IMG/VR virus record: IMGVR_UViG_3300005662_000042
Location: 694-64,693 of that record
Strand: one strand, 5' to 3'
DNA: 64,000 nt
From: a virus
Lineage: Duplodnaviria; Caudoviricetes
Shown here piece after piece: positions 47,648 to 56,276 of the stretch. How positions within the stretch are numbered: the first letter of the stretch is position 1; each line of letters opens with the position of its first letter. The notes below the pieces were generated by a model. That model was not told the DNA's origin. It was given only the letters and a program-made list of their open reading frames with translations, and ran no database searches. A program made the translations under genes and the position numbers.

Positions 47648-48184
47648 ATGGATATTGAATTAGCTGATCATTTTGATCGCATGAATAAGGTAGTCGAAGA
47701 GCTACTAAGAGGTAATAACCCTACTCAAATTGCCACCCTAACTGGGTTTAAGAGGGCAGAAGTAGTAGAGCTAATAGATCAGTGGAAGAATGTTGTCCAC
47801 AACGACACATCAGCCCGTGAACGTGCTAAAGAGGCCATCTCTGGTGCGGACCAGCATTACGCTATGCTAATCAAAGAAGCTTGGAAAACAGTTGAAGATG
47901 CTGATCTGGCAGGGCAGCTTAGCGTTAAGTCTGGCGCACTTAAATTAATTGCAGATATTGAAGGCAAAAGAATTGGAATGCTTCAAGAGGTTGGCTTATT
48001 AGATAATGCAGAGCTTGCTGGACAAATGGCTGAAGCTGAAAGAAAACAAGAAGTCTTGGTTAAGATCTTAAAGGAAGTAACTGCATCTTGTCCAAAATGT
48101 AAGATTGAAGTTGCTAAACGCTTATCACAAATCACTGGTATTGTTGAGCCTATAGAGATTATCGAGGAAGTCAGTGGAGTTTGA
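47648..48184 (+). CDS. terS: Terminase small subunit
   Basis: N-terminal HTH; helical; overlaps the large-subunit start. Confidence 0.65.
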   Translation: MDIELADHFDRMNKVVEELLRGNNPTQIATLTGFKRAEVVELIDQWKNVVHNDTSARERAKEAISGADQHYAMLIKEAWKTVEDADLAGQLSVKSGALKLIADIEGKRIGMLQEVGLLDNAELAGQMAEAERKQEVLVKILKEVTASCPKCKIEVAKRLSQITGIVEPIEIIEEVSGV

Positions 48185-49964
48185 TTTTAATGATTTCATC
48201 GACATCCTGGACGGGGAAGAGTTTGATGAAAGGCCCGTTGACCTTAGAACATTTGTAACAGACAAAAACTATCTAGGGCTGCCAGAATTATCAGAGTATC
48301 AGTATACTCTGATTGAAAGATCTTCTCAGATATATAAAGAGTCAACACTGATAAAGCTGTTTGGTGAAAAAGAAGGCATGCTTAGATATAGGCAAACATG
48401 CAATGAGGTTGTTGCCCAACTAGGCAAAGGTAGCGGTAAAGATTATTGCTCAACTATCTCTGTTGCATATATTGTATATCTATTGCTATGCTTAAAGGAT
48501 CCAGCTTCATACTATGGCAAACCTCCAGGAGATTCTATAGATATTATTAACATTGCTATTAACGCCCAGCAGGCCAACAACGTTTTCTTTAAGGGCTTTA
48601 AGAATAGAGTCACACACTCTCCTTGGTTTATAGGTAAATATTTTGAAAAAGCTTCAGAAATCAAGTTTGATAAGAACGTAACTGTATACTCTGGACACTC
48701 AGAAAGAGAAGCATTTGAAGGATATAACGTTCTTGTTGCAGTGCTTGATGAAATTTCTGGATTTGCTTTAGATAGCACAAGTGGCCACGATCAAGCAAAA
48801 ACTGCAAGTGGAATTTATGACATGTATAGGGCCTCAGTAGATTCTCGTTTTCCAGATTACGGTAAAGTAATTCTTTTATCATTCCCGCGTTTTAAAAACG
48901 ATTATATACAGCAAAGATACGATGAGATTATATCTGAAAAAGAAATTATATCAAGATCACATAGATTTAAATTAGATCCAGATTTACCAGAGAACACAGT
49001 TGGTAATGAGTTCGACATCTTCTGGGATGAAGATCAAATTGTTTCATACAAATATCCTAGAGTGTATGCAATACGCAGACCCACATGGGAAGTTAATCCA
49101 ACCAGAAGTATTGAAGATTTTAAGATTGCATTTTATAGAGACGTAACAGATGCTCTAGGAAGATTTGCTTGCATGCCTCCAGAAGCTATAGATGCATTTT
49201 TTAAATCTCGTGAAAAGGTTGAGATGGCATTTAATGATCTTTCAATAGCGGTAGATAAATTTGGAAGATTTGAAGAATGGTTTTTGCCAGAAGAGGATAA
49301 AGATTATTTTATACACGTAGACTTAGCACAAAAACATGACCATTGTGCAGTCTCTATGGCGCACATTGATAGATGGGTGAGCGTAAAGGTTACAGACACA
49401 TATTCGCAACCAGCTCCTATTGTAAAGGTTGATGCCGTAATGTACTGGACTCCAACATCAGATAAGTCGGTGGACTTTGGAGAAGTTAGAGATTATATAC
49501 TATCATTAAGGTCAAGAGGATTTAATATTAGAATATGCACATTTGATAGATGGAATTCTCATGACATGATGCAGCAACTAAAACAGTATGGAATAAGCAC
49601 AGAAACTTTATCCGTAGCAAAGAAGCATTATGACGATATGGCTATGGTGGTTTTAGAAGAAAGACTGAATGGTCCACATATACCATTGCTAGTAGATGAA
49701 CTACTTGAGTTAAGAATTATGCGTGATAAAGTTGATCACCCTAGAAAAGGATCAAAAGACTTAGCAGACGCTGTTTGTGGATCTATATATAATGCAATTA
49801 GTTTAACAAGAGCAGCATTTGGAGACATAGAAGTTCATGATTACTCTTCAGTAAAAAAACAGTATAGAGAAAGTTTAGTAAAGGAAAGTCCTAATTTAAT
49901 AAAGGCTCCTTCAGCAATGCCTAGGGACCTTTCTGACGCATTAAGTGGAATGGAAATATTATGA
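48174..49964 (+). CDS. terL: Terminase large subunit
   Basis: LGKGSGKD Walker A; AVLDE Walker B; HVDLA and KDLADAV nuclease motifs. Confidence 0.9.
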   Translation: MEFDFNDFIDILDGEEFDERPVDLRTFVTDKNYLGLPELSEYQYTLIERSSQIYKESTLIKLFGEKEGMLRYRQTCNEVVAQLGKGSGKDYCSTISVAYIVYLLLCLKDPASYYGKPPGDSIDIINIAINAQQANNVFFKGFKNRVTHSPWFIGKYFEKASEIKFDKNVTVYSGHSEREAFEGYNVLVAVLDEISGFALDSTSGHDQAKTASGIYDMYRASVDSRFPDYGKVILLSFPRFKNDYIQQRYDEIISEKEIISRSHRFKLDPDLPENTVGNEFDIFWDEDQIVSYKYPRVYAIRRPTWEVNPTRSIEDFKIAFYRDVTDALGRFACMPPEAIDAFFKSREKVEMAFNDLSIAVDKFGRFEEWFLPEEDKDYFIHVDLAQKHDHCAVSMAHIDRWVSVKVTDTYSQPAPIVKVDAVMYWTPTSDKSVDFGEVRDYILSLRSRGFNIRICTFDRWNSHDMMQQLKQYGISTETLSVAKKHYDDMAMVVLEERLNGPHIPLLVDELLELRIMRDKVDHPRKGSKDLADAVCGSIYNAISLTRAAFGDIEVHDYSSVKKQYRESLVKESPNLIKAPSAMPRDLSDALSGMEIL

Positions 49965-50206
49965 GTATATATCAAGAAAAAGCTAAAGAGTGCAAATGCT
50001 GCGGCAAGCATGTTCCTCTTCCTATATTGTTAAAAGATTTTAATGGCATCACACTTTGCCCAACAACATACTACAATGTTTTGGAGTACAAAAAACTTTG
50101 GGAAAATCTAGGGCATAGGCCTCCAGGTAATTTAAGTAAACATTTTTCAGAGTATGTTCAAACAATTGTTTACACATCCATGACAAGTGATAACTCCAAT
50201 GAATAA
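49961..50206 (+). CDS. Hypothetical protein
   Basis: 81 aa; CKCC...LCP. Confidence 0.6.
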   Translation: MSIYQEKAKECKCCGKHVPLPILLKDFNGITLCPTTYYNVLEYKKLWENLGHRPPGNLSKHFSEYVQTIVYTSMTSDNSNE

Positions 50207-50531
50207 TGAAGATTATTATAATGAAAAAATTAATTATTATATTGAAATAGGTGCAATAAGAATAGCTGGCATTGATCCTAACGGAGAATACATATTTGAA
50301 CTAGATGAAGATATAACAAAAGCACTTGCCCCAGAACTTTGGGAGTCACATATGGAGTATGTTGATGAATCTTTGCTAGAGCTTTATGAAGATGGTCTAA
50401 TAGATGTAGAGTATGATGAAAATTTAGAAGCTACAATAATATTGTCTTCTGAAGGATTTGAAATTGCAAAAGAGAGAGGCTTGCTTCCTATAAGGCCAGA
50501 AGGAATATATGATGACGAATCTGAATTTTGA
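50187..50531 (+). CDS. Acidic hypothetical protein
   Basis: 114 aa; Glu/Asp-rich. Confidence 0.6.
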   Translation: MITPMNNEDYYNEKINYYIEIGAIRIAGIDPNGEYIFELDEDITKALAPELWESHMEYVDESLLELYEDGLIDVEYDENLEATIILSSEGFEIAKERGLLPIRPEGIYDDESEF

Positions 50532-50919
50532 AGAAGAGGTTTTTGAAAATAGAAGATTTTTATTTCAAAACATAGCTAAAACTTTTCCAAGCAATCCTTG
50601 GGTAATAAAGGCAACTGAAAAAATGAAGGGGTATTCAAAAGAAGAATATACTGTCATGCTAAAAGAAGCATATGACTTTCAAGATAAATTTGATATAGCA
50701 ATTGATTTAGGAATTTCTGCAAAAACAAAAGAAGGTCATGACCTTTTTATTTTATTTATTGACCACATAAGATGGTTTTTTGAAGTAGATAGCAGTGCTT
50801 ATGATGAGTTAATACAGCTGTGTAGCCCTAATGCTACCCAGTTTCTTATAGTTAATAAATCATATTCTGATTTATTATTTGATATACTTATTGAGTATAG
50901 ATCAGAGTTAGGGGTATGA
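50509..50919 (+). CDS. Hypothetical protein, possibly TipAS-like helical domain
   Basis: 'AIDLGISAKTKEGHDLFILFIDHIRWFFEVDSSAYDELI' loosely resembles the TipAS pattern. Confidence 0.4.
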   Translation: MMTNLNFEEEVFENRRFLFQNIAKTFPSNPWVIKATEKMKGYSKEEYTVMLKEAYDFQDKFDIAIDLGISAKTKEGHDLFILFIDHIRWFFEVDSSAYDELIQLCSPNATQFLIVNKSYSDLLFDILIEYRSELGV

Positions 50920-51866
50920 TGAAGGCAATAGTTGTTAAATCTTTTGGTGGACCAGAGGTAATGGAATATATAGACTATCGTGATCCAGTTCCAGTAAAAG
51001 ATCAGATCCTTGTAGATACTAGGATGATAGGTGTTAATTATGCAGACACTTATCAAACTGAAAATAGCTATCTAGTTCAGACACTTCCTCCAGTGGTCCC
51101 TGGTATAGAAGCTTCTTTTATGATTGATGGTAAGTTGTATGTCGGTCATACTGCCAGTGGCGCTTATGCAGAAAAGCTTGTTGTGAATAAAGACAGAATA
51201 TTTGAAGTTCCAGACGGGGTGACAGAAGAAGAGGCTTTGTCTGTAGTCTGTCAAGGAACAACTGCTTATGGAATTGTTAAAGACATATGTAATATTAAAT
51301 CTGGGGACCTAGTTCTTATTAATGGTGCATCCAGCGCTGTGGGAATGATACTGATACAGCTATGCAAGATAGTAGGAGCAACAGTAATTGGTGTCACTGG
51401 AAGCGATAAAAAAATAGATTTTATAAAGTCTTTAGGGGCCGACTTTGCTTGCCTAGACGACATTTCTGAAATAAAAAAAATATTACGCAGCATAGGAGAA
51501 AAGCCTAAATTTATACTTGAGTCTTATGGGGGAAAGCATTTTATGAACTATTATTTCATGCTGGAAGCTGGAGGGCATATATGTTCATACGGCGCTTCCT
51601 CTAGGGAAGGATTGCCATCTATTCAAATCAGAGATATATTAAAAGACACAAAGATAGTTTCTGGTTTTTGGGGAACAAAAATGTTTGAAAACTCAAATAA
51701 GCTTAGCATTGCAGTAAATGATTTGTTTAATTTAATTAAAGAAGGAAAGATAAAAATTATTATAGGAGAATCTATGGAGTTAAAAGATGCAAAAATAATG
51801 CATGAAAAAATAAGAAATAGAGAAACCTTCGGGAAGTTAATTTTAAAAAACAATATAGATGGGTAA
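50916..51866 (+). CDS. qor: NADPH:quinone oxidoreductase (zinc-free MDR family)
   Basis: MKAIVVKSFGGPEV, GVNYAD, GAYAE, VLINGASSAVG, R...GKLIL. Confidence 0.88.
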   Translation: MMKAIVVKSFGGPEVMEYIDYRDPVPVKDQILVDTRMIGVNYADTYQTENSYLVQTLPPVVPGIEASFMIDGKLYVGHTASGAYAEKLVVNKDRIFEVPDGVTEEEALSVVCQGTTAYGIVKDICNIKSGDLVLINGASSAVGMILIQLCKIVGATVIGVTGSDKKIDFIKSLGADFACLDDISEIKKILRSIGEKPKFILESYGGKHFMNYYFMLEAGGHICSYGASSREGLPSIQIRDILKDTKIVSGFWGTKMFENSNKLSIAVNDLFNLIKEGKIKIIIGESMELKDAKIMHEKIRNRETFGKLILKNNIDG

Positions 51867-51872
51867 AGGTAA

Positions 51873-52715
51873 ATGAATTTAAACGAGATTGATATTTCAT
51901 TACTAAAAAGATACTTTGGACGTACAAAACCAAATTATGAAGAAGAGATAATGTTTTATGAGAAGGATTTAAACATTAAACCTGATGAACGTATAACGTA
52001 TAAGTATAATAATGAAGGATTTAGATGCGATGACTTTACTAAAAAAAAGTCTGGGATGCATATCCTGTTTGGAGGATGCTCTGAAACAGAAGGGGCATCA
52101 AATAGTCTAGAGGACGTCTGGGCCAATGTGCTTTACCATAAAATTAAAGAAAATAACGAGGTTGCAGGTTACTACAACGTAGGCAAAGCAGGACTTACTG
52201 TAGCTGGTGTAGTAATGAATGTATTTCAATATGCATATGATTATGGATGTCCAGATTATATATTTTTGCAATTGCCAGATCAAACCAGATACGTGACCTG
52301 GTCAGAATCAATGGGGTGGTATCCAAAATATCAGGTAAGCGATAGTGAGATAGATAATGATATTGATACTGAGCATTTTTTTAAGAATCATGAAGCTCCA
52401 GAAGTTATAAAAGTTAATATATTGTTTAATTATTTTCTATTAAGAAATTTAATACAGTTCTGTAAAATAAATAATATAAAGTTAATATGGTCAACATGGC
52501 ATGCTCCAACAGCTCGGACTATTACAGATTCTGTAGCTAACCTAGACGGATACATAAACACAAGTAATTTTGATAAAGACTACTGGGACATACGAATAAG
52601 GGACTTAAGGGCAAGAGACGGATATCATTTTGGCAGAGGCTTTCACAAAATATGGGCAGAAAAATTTTATGAGGAGTTTTTATATGATAAAAATAATAAA
52701 AAGAATGATCGTTAA
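51873..52715 (+). CDS. SGNH-like protein
   Basis: YKYNNEGFRCDDF, ILFGGCSETEG, YNVGKAG, RARDGYHFG (DxxH). Confidence 0.65.
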   Translation: MNLNEIDISLLKRYFGRTKPNYEEEIMFYEKDLNIKPDERITYKYNNEGFRCDDFTKKKSGMHILFGGCSETEGASNSLEDVWANVLYHKIKENNEVAGYYNVGKAGLTVAGVVMNVFQYAYDYGCPDYIFLQLPDQTRYVTWSESMGWYPKYQVSDSEIDNDIDTEHFFKNHEAPEVIKVNILFNYFLLRNLIQFCKINNIKLIWSTWHAPTARTITDSVANLDGYINTSNFDKDYWDIRIRDLRARDGYHFGRGFHKIWAEKFYEEFLYDKNNKKNDR

Positions 52716-52761
52716 AAGAAAAATAAAAAATATGATGAAAAAGAAAAGATACAATTACTAA
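52684..52761 (+). CDS. 25-aa basic peptide (not in the ORF track)
   Basis: MIKIIKRMIVKRKIKNMMKKKRYNY*; TAATG-coupled to the carbamoyltransferase. Confidence 0.5.
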   Translation: MIKIIKRMIVKRKIKNMMKKKRYNY

Positions 52762-54185
52762 TGGTAATACTAGGAATAAATGAAACATCTCATGATGCTT
52801 CCGTTTCTTTAATAAAGGATGGAGAAATACTATTTGCTGCCCACTCTGAAAGATATAGCAAGCAAAAAAATGATTGGTATAACAATGAAGAAATTATTCT
52901 AGATGCATTAAATTATGCAACACCTACTAATATCGCCTACTATGAAAAGCCATATTTAAAAAAATCCAGATTGATTCTTAGGGGAGGAGCAGGGGATTGG
53001 AAGCCAAACTTTCCTATGGACTTGCCAGTAAAATATTTTAGCCACCACTATTCTCATGCCTGTGCTGGATACTACACTAGTAAGTTTACAGATGCAGCCA
53101 TAGTGGTCTTAGATGCAATTGGAGAATATAACACATCAACAATTTGGGTCGGTGAAGGAGAAAAGATTAAATTAAGATTTAAACAAAACTACCCAGTAAG
53201 TTTTGGTTTGTTTTATTCAGCGTTTACTAAATTAATTGGGCTGGTTCCAAATCAAGAAGAGTATATAATGATGGGAATGGCGGCTTATGGAGACTGGAAA
53301 AAACATTACCTAAAGGTAAATAGCTATTTTGATTCAAAGATAAACCAAAAATATAATTTTCACAAGGGGATACATGACTGGGGCTCTATAGAGAATGATC
53401 AGGATAGGTTTGATATAGCAGCAGCTGTTCAACATGTGTATCAAATAAGATTAGCAGAGTTTATGCACATGGCAAAAAAAATAACTGGTAAAAAAAATTT
53501 AGTGTTTATGGGAGGCTGTGCTCTTAATTCTTCTGCAAATACAATGCTATGGAGTATATTCGATGACGTCTGGATTATGCCTAACCCAGGGGATGCTGGA
53601 AGTTCACTTGGAGCTGCTGCAGCATTATATGGGAAGCACATTGATTGGAAAACTCCTTATTTAGGACACGACCTGGGTGGAGAATACCCAATACAGAAAA
53701 TTGTAGATGGAATACTTAAAGATGGAATAGTGGCAGTAGCATCAGGCAGAGCAGAATATGGCCCAAGGGCCCTAGGAAACAGAAGTATTCTTGCAGACCC
53801 TAGAGATCCTTCTATAAAAGATAAAGTAAATTTAATTAAACAGAGAGAGCTATTTAGGCCATTTGCACCAGTAGTTCTTGAAGATCATGCCCATAAGTGG
53901 TTTGACATGGACTTTAAGAGTCCTTATATGCAGTACACAGTTAAATGCCTGCAGCCAGACAAGATACCTTCGGTAGTTCATGAGGACGGCACCTCTAGAG
54001 TTCAGACAGTAAATAAGGAACAGCACTATGGGCTATATAGGGTATTAAATAAGTTCTATCTAAAAACAGGAGTGCCAGTATTATTAAATACCAGCTTAAA
54101 TATTAAGGGGCAGCCCCTATTGAATGATCAAGATGATGTAAGGAAATGGGAACTAGAGTATAACTTTAGTATATTAAATGGATAA
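52761..54185 (+). CDS. Carbamoyltransferase (CmcH/NodU family)
   Basis: HDASV, HHYSHA, DAIGE, MGMAAYG, GGCALN, GPRALGNRSILADPR, RPFAP, DGTSRVQTV, LLNTSLN. Confidence 0.92.
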   Translation: MVILGINETSHDASVSLIKDGEILFAAHSERYSKQKNDWYNNEEIILDALNYATPTNIAYYEKPYLKKSRLILRGGAGDWKPNFPMDLPVKYFSHHYSHACAGYYTSKFTDAAIVVLDAIGEYNTSTIWVGEGEKIKLRFKQNYPVSFGLFYSAFTKLIGLVPNQEEYIMMGMAAYGDWKKHYLKVNSYFDSKINQKYNFHKGIHDWGSIENDQDRFDIAAAVQHVYQIRLAEFMHMAKKITGKKNLVFMGGCALNSSANTMLWSIFDDVWIMPNPGDAGSSLGAAAALYGKHIDWKTPYLGHDLGGEYPIQKIVDGILKDGIVAVASGRAEYGPRALGNRSILADPRDPSIKDKVNLIKQRELFRPFAPVVLEDHAHKWFDMDFKSPYMQYTVKCLQPDKIPSVVHEDGTSRVQTVNKEQHYGLYRVLNKFYLKTGVPVLLNTSLNIKGQPLLNDQDDVRKWELEYNFSILNG

Positions 54186-54786
54186 CCGTAAAACAATTAC
54201 TATAAATTCACCCCCAGGCTCTGGTAACATGTTTTGTCAATATCTAATGAGAGAAAATTTTAATATGGTACTTAGATGGGTAGATCACCAGCCAGATAGT
54301 TTTGATCCTAATGGTATAAATATATGTTTATTAAGAAATCCATATGCAGCAATTGCTTCTGGAATTGAGGTTAACTTTACTCACATGAACGAGGATGAGC
54401 AAAAAATATTTTTAAAGCATTTGGATGCTGCTATTTATAATTCAATGCTTCGTCACACAAATCAATATAATTTATTTTTAAATAAATCACAAAGCCTTGA
54501 TTATGTAACTCCAGTAGGTTTTAATTTGTTGACACAAGAACCAGATTTATTTTTAAATAAAGTTTCTAAAAAATTTGACATTAGCTTTAAAGAAAACAGA
54601 GTCAGTCCAGAACAAGTTAAAGAAAAAATGAGGTCTATTAAAGATTTAAAGTATAGACTGCCTAGAGAATACTCTTTTGTTCGCAAAGAGATAGACTTGG
54701 CCGTGTATAAATACAATCCTATAAAAATTTGTTATGAAAACTATATTGAGTACAAGAGAAGTATAGATTTTAAAATTGATATATAG
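54178..54786 (+). CDS. Sulfotransferase-like P-loop protein
   Basis: SPPGSGNMF (5'-PSB-like) and LLRNPYAAIAS (3'-PB-like). Confidence 0.55.
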   Translation: MDNRKTITINSPPGSGNMFCQYLMRENFNMVLRWVDHQPDSFDPNGINICLLRNPYAAIASGIEVNFTHMNEDEQKIFLKHLDAAIYNSMLRHTNQYNLFLNKSQSLDYVTPVGFNLLTQEPDLFLNKVSKKFDISFKENRVSPEQVKEKMRSIKDLKYRLPREYSFVRKEIDLAVYKYNPIKICYENYIEYKRSIDFKIDI

Positions 54787-54792
54787 CTTCTA

Positions 54793-54822
54793 TTGACATT
54801 TCGTAGGTGCATAAAGTATACT
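54793..54822 (+). promoter_or_regulatory. Promoter for the tRNA cluster
   Basis: TTGACA-18 nt-TATACT. Confidence 0.6.
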
Positions 54823-54831
54823 TTACTTAAG

Positions 54832-54905
54832 GTGCCAGTAGCTTAGTTGGTTAAAGCCCCGAACTCATAATTCGGTAATCGTAGGTTCAAGTCCTACCTG
54901 GCACA
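54832..54905 (+). tRNA. tRNA with CAT anticodon, probably Ile2 (Met not excluded)
   Basis: Acceptor GTGCCAG/CTGGCAC; anticodon arm CCGAA-CTCATAA-TTCGG; C4-G69 and C5-G68 pairs. Confidence 0.8.
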
Positions 54906-54906
54906 C

Positions 54907-54978
54907 ACCTCTGTAGCTCAGCGGAAGAGCAACAGACTTCTAATCTGTTGGTCGCTGGTTCGATTCCAGCCAGGGGTG
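54907..54978 (+). tRNA. tRNA-Arg(TCT)
   Basis: Acceptor ACCTCTG/CAGGGGT; anticodon arm ACAGA-CTTCTAA-TCTGT; T arm GCTGG-TTCGATT-CCAGC. Confidence 0.88.
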
Positions 54979-54999
54979 CGTATAATAAATAAAAATAGA

Positions 55000-55070
55000 T
55001 TTGGGTTCGTCTAATGGTCGGACACTCGCCTCCGAAGCGATAAACGCAGGTCCGATTCCTGCACCCAAAG
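55000..55070 (+). tRNA. tRNA-Arg(CCG), atypical
   Basis: Acceptor TTTGGGT/ACCCAAA; loop CTCCGAA; T loop reads TCCGATT; mismatch at the top of the anticodon stem. Confidence 0.6.
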
Positions 55071-55074
55071 TTTT

Positions 55075-55147
55075 GCCCGTATAGCCCAGTGGTAGAGGCA
55101 GTAGACTTAAAATTTACACAGCGTTGGTTCGAATCCAACTACGGGTA
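55075..55147 (+). tRNA. tRNA-Leu(TAA) with short variable loop
   Basis: Acceptor GCCCGTA/TACGGGT; anticodon arm GTAGA-CTTAAAA-TTTAC; variable region ACAGC. Confidence 0.82.
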
Positions 55148-55148
55148 C

Positions 55149-55221
55149 GTTCCTATAGCTCAGTTGGTAGAGCAGCAGACTTTTAATCTGCGGGTCGATG
55201 GTTCGAGCCCATCTGGGGACA
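55149..55221 (+). tRNA. tRNA-Lys(TTT)
   Basis: GTTCCTA/TGGGGAC; GCAGA-CTTTTAA-TCTGC. Confidence 0.9.
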
Positions 55222-55225
55222 CTAG

Positions 55226-55298
55226 TGGGGATTAGCTCAGCTGGCAGAGCGGGAAACTGTTAATTTCTAGGTCGCAGGTTCGAGCCCTGCATCCCCAG
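55226..55298 (+). tRNA. tRNA-Asn(GTT)
   Basis: TGGGGAT/ATCCCCA; GGAAA-CTGTTAA-TTTCT. Confidence 0.9.
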
Positions 55299-55322
55299 CA
55301 AAAAGAAAGGTATAATTATATA

Positions 55323-56276
55323 ATGAGTAATAAAATTTTAGTAGCCATAATAAGTGCTAATGAAAAAGATCTAAAGCAAACAGTTCAGAGTGCTATAGAA
55401 AATTCTGATAGCCCAGACAACCTTTCTTTTGTTATATTTGATTCACGACTAAATAACTTCCCCAAAGCTGACTTTGAAAATTTTAAAAATGTTTTTTATA
55501 TGAATATGGAATTTAGTGGTACTCAAGGGGTTGGATTGGCTAGACTTATTGCTTCGTCTATAGTTATGCCAGACACAGATTATGTTTTACAGTTAGATTC
55601 TCATATGATATTTGTTAAAAGCTGGGATTCTGAATTAATAAAAAGATTTACTAAACTTGAATCATTGGTAGATAAGCCAGTCATAAGCTCAAGAGCACCA
55701 GCATGGTACTACGATAAAGATGGCGAAATTGTATACTCCAGCACCTCAAATCTTGTGCAAAAGTTAATATTCAAAGAGCCAAAAGTTTCTTCATTTCAAG
55801 ATGGATACCCTACAATAGAGGGAGTTCCTTATTCTAGCGAAGATTACATAGAACATAATTTAATATCTGCTCAGTTTACATTTAGCAGGCCAGATCTTTA
55901 TTCGGAAATTTTACATGACCCTAGGATTGTTTGGGGTGGCGATGAGCCAATATATTCTCTACGTGCATGGTCTAGAGGATATCGAATGTTTTCTATTAAT
56001 GCAGACATATGCTTTCATTACAACAAGCAAACAACAAAAGGCGCATTTGAAAAAGATAACAAAGACGACTGGAGAAGCTTAAAGAATAATGACCCTAGGC
56101 TTTTCCCATTCTATATGAAAAGATACAATGACGGAAAAAGAATTATGAGAGAGATTTTGCTGGGTGAATATATAGGGTATTGGGGAGCACCCTCATTAGA
56201 AAAATTAAAAGAGTTTGAGATAGCATGCGGTATTAACTTTAAAGACTTCTATGATATTGTAGACAAAAATGCCTAA
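55323..56276 (+). CDS. Second GlcNAc transferase-like glycosyltransferase (PF11397/GT60-like)
   Basis: GVGLAR, DYVLQLDSHMIFVKSWD, WGGDEPIYSLRAWSRGY, FHY; the C-terminus also resembles the 28736 copy. Confidence 0.75.
   Translation: MSNKILVAIISANEKDLKQTVQSAIENSDSPDNLSFVIFDSRLNNFPKADFENFKNVFYMNMEFSGTQGVGLARLIASSIVMPDTDYVLQLDSHMIFVKSWDSELIKRFTKLESLVDKPVISSRAPAWYYDKDGEIVYSSTSNLVQKLIFKEPKVSSFQDGYPTIEGVPYSSEDYIEHNLISAQFTFSRPDLYSEILHDPRIVWGGDEPIYSLRAWSRGYRMFSINADICFHYNKQTTKGAFEKDNKDDWRSLKNNDPRLFPFYMKRYNDGKRIMREILLGEYIGYWGAPSLEKLKEFEIACGINFKDFYDIVDKNA

Noticed and set aside
32606-49964. Inteins or introns in DnaB, DnaE, RecA or TerL
   Set aside because: Protein lengths are typical, with no C...HN intein ends or homing-endonuclease motifs seen.
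54887-55138. 83-aa minus-strand ORF over the tRNA cluster
   Set aside because: Antisense to clear tRNA cloverleaves.
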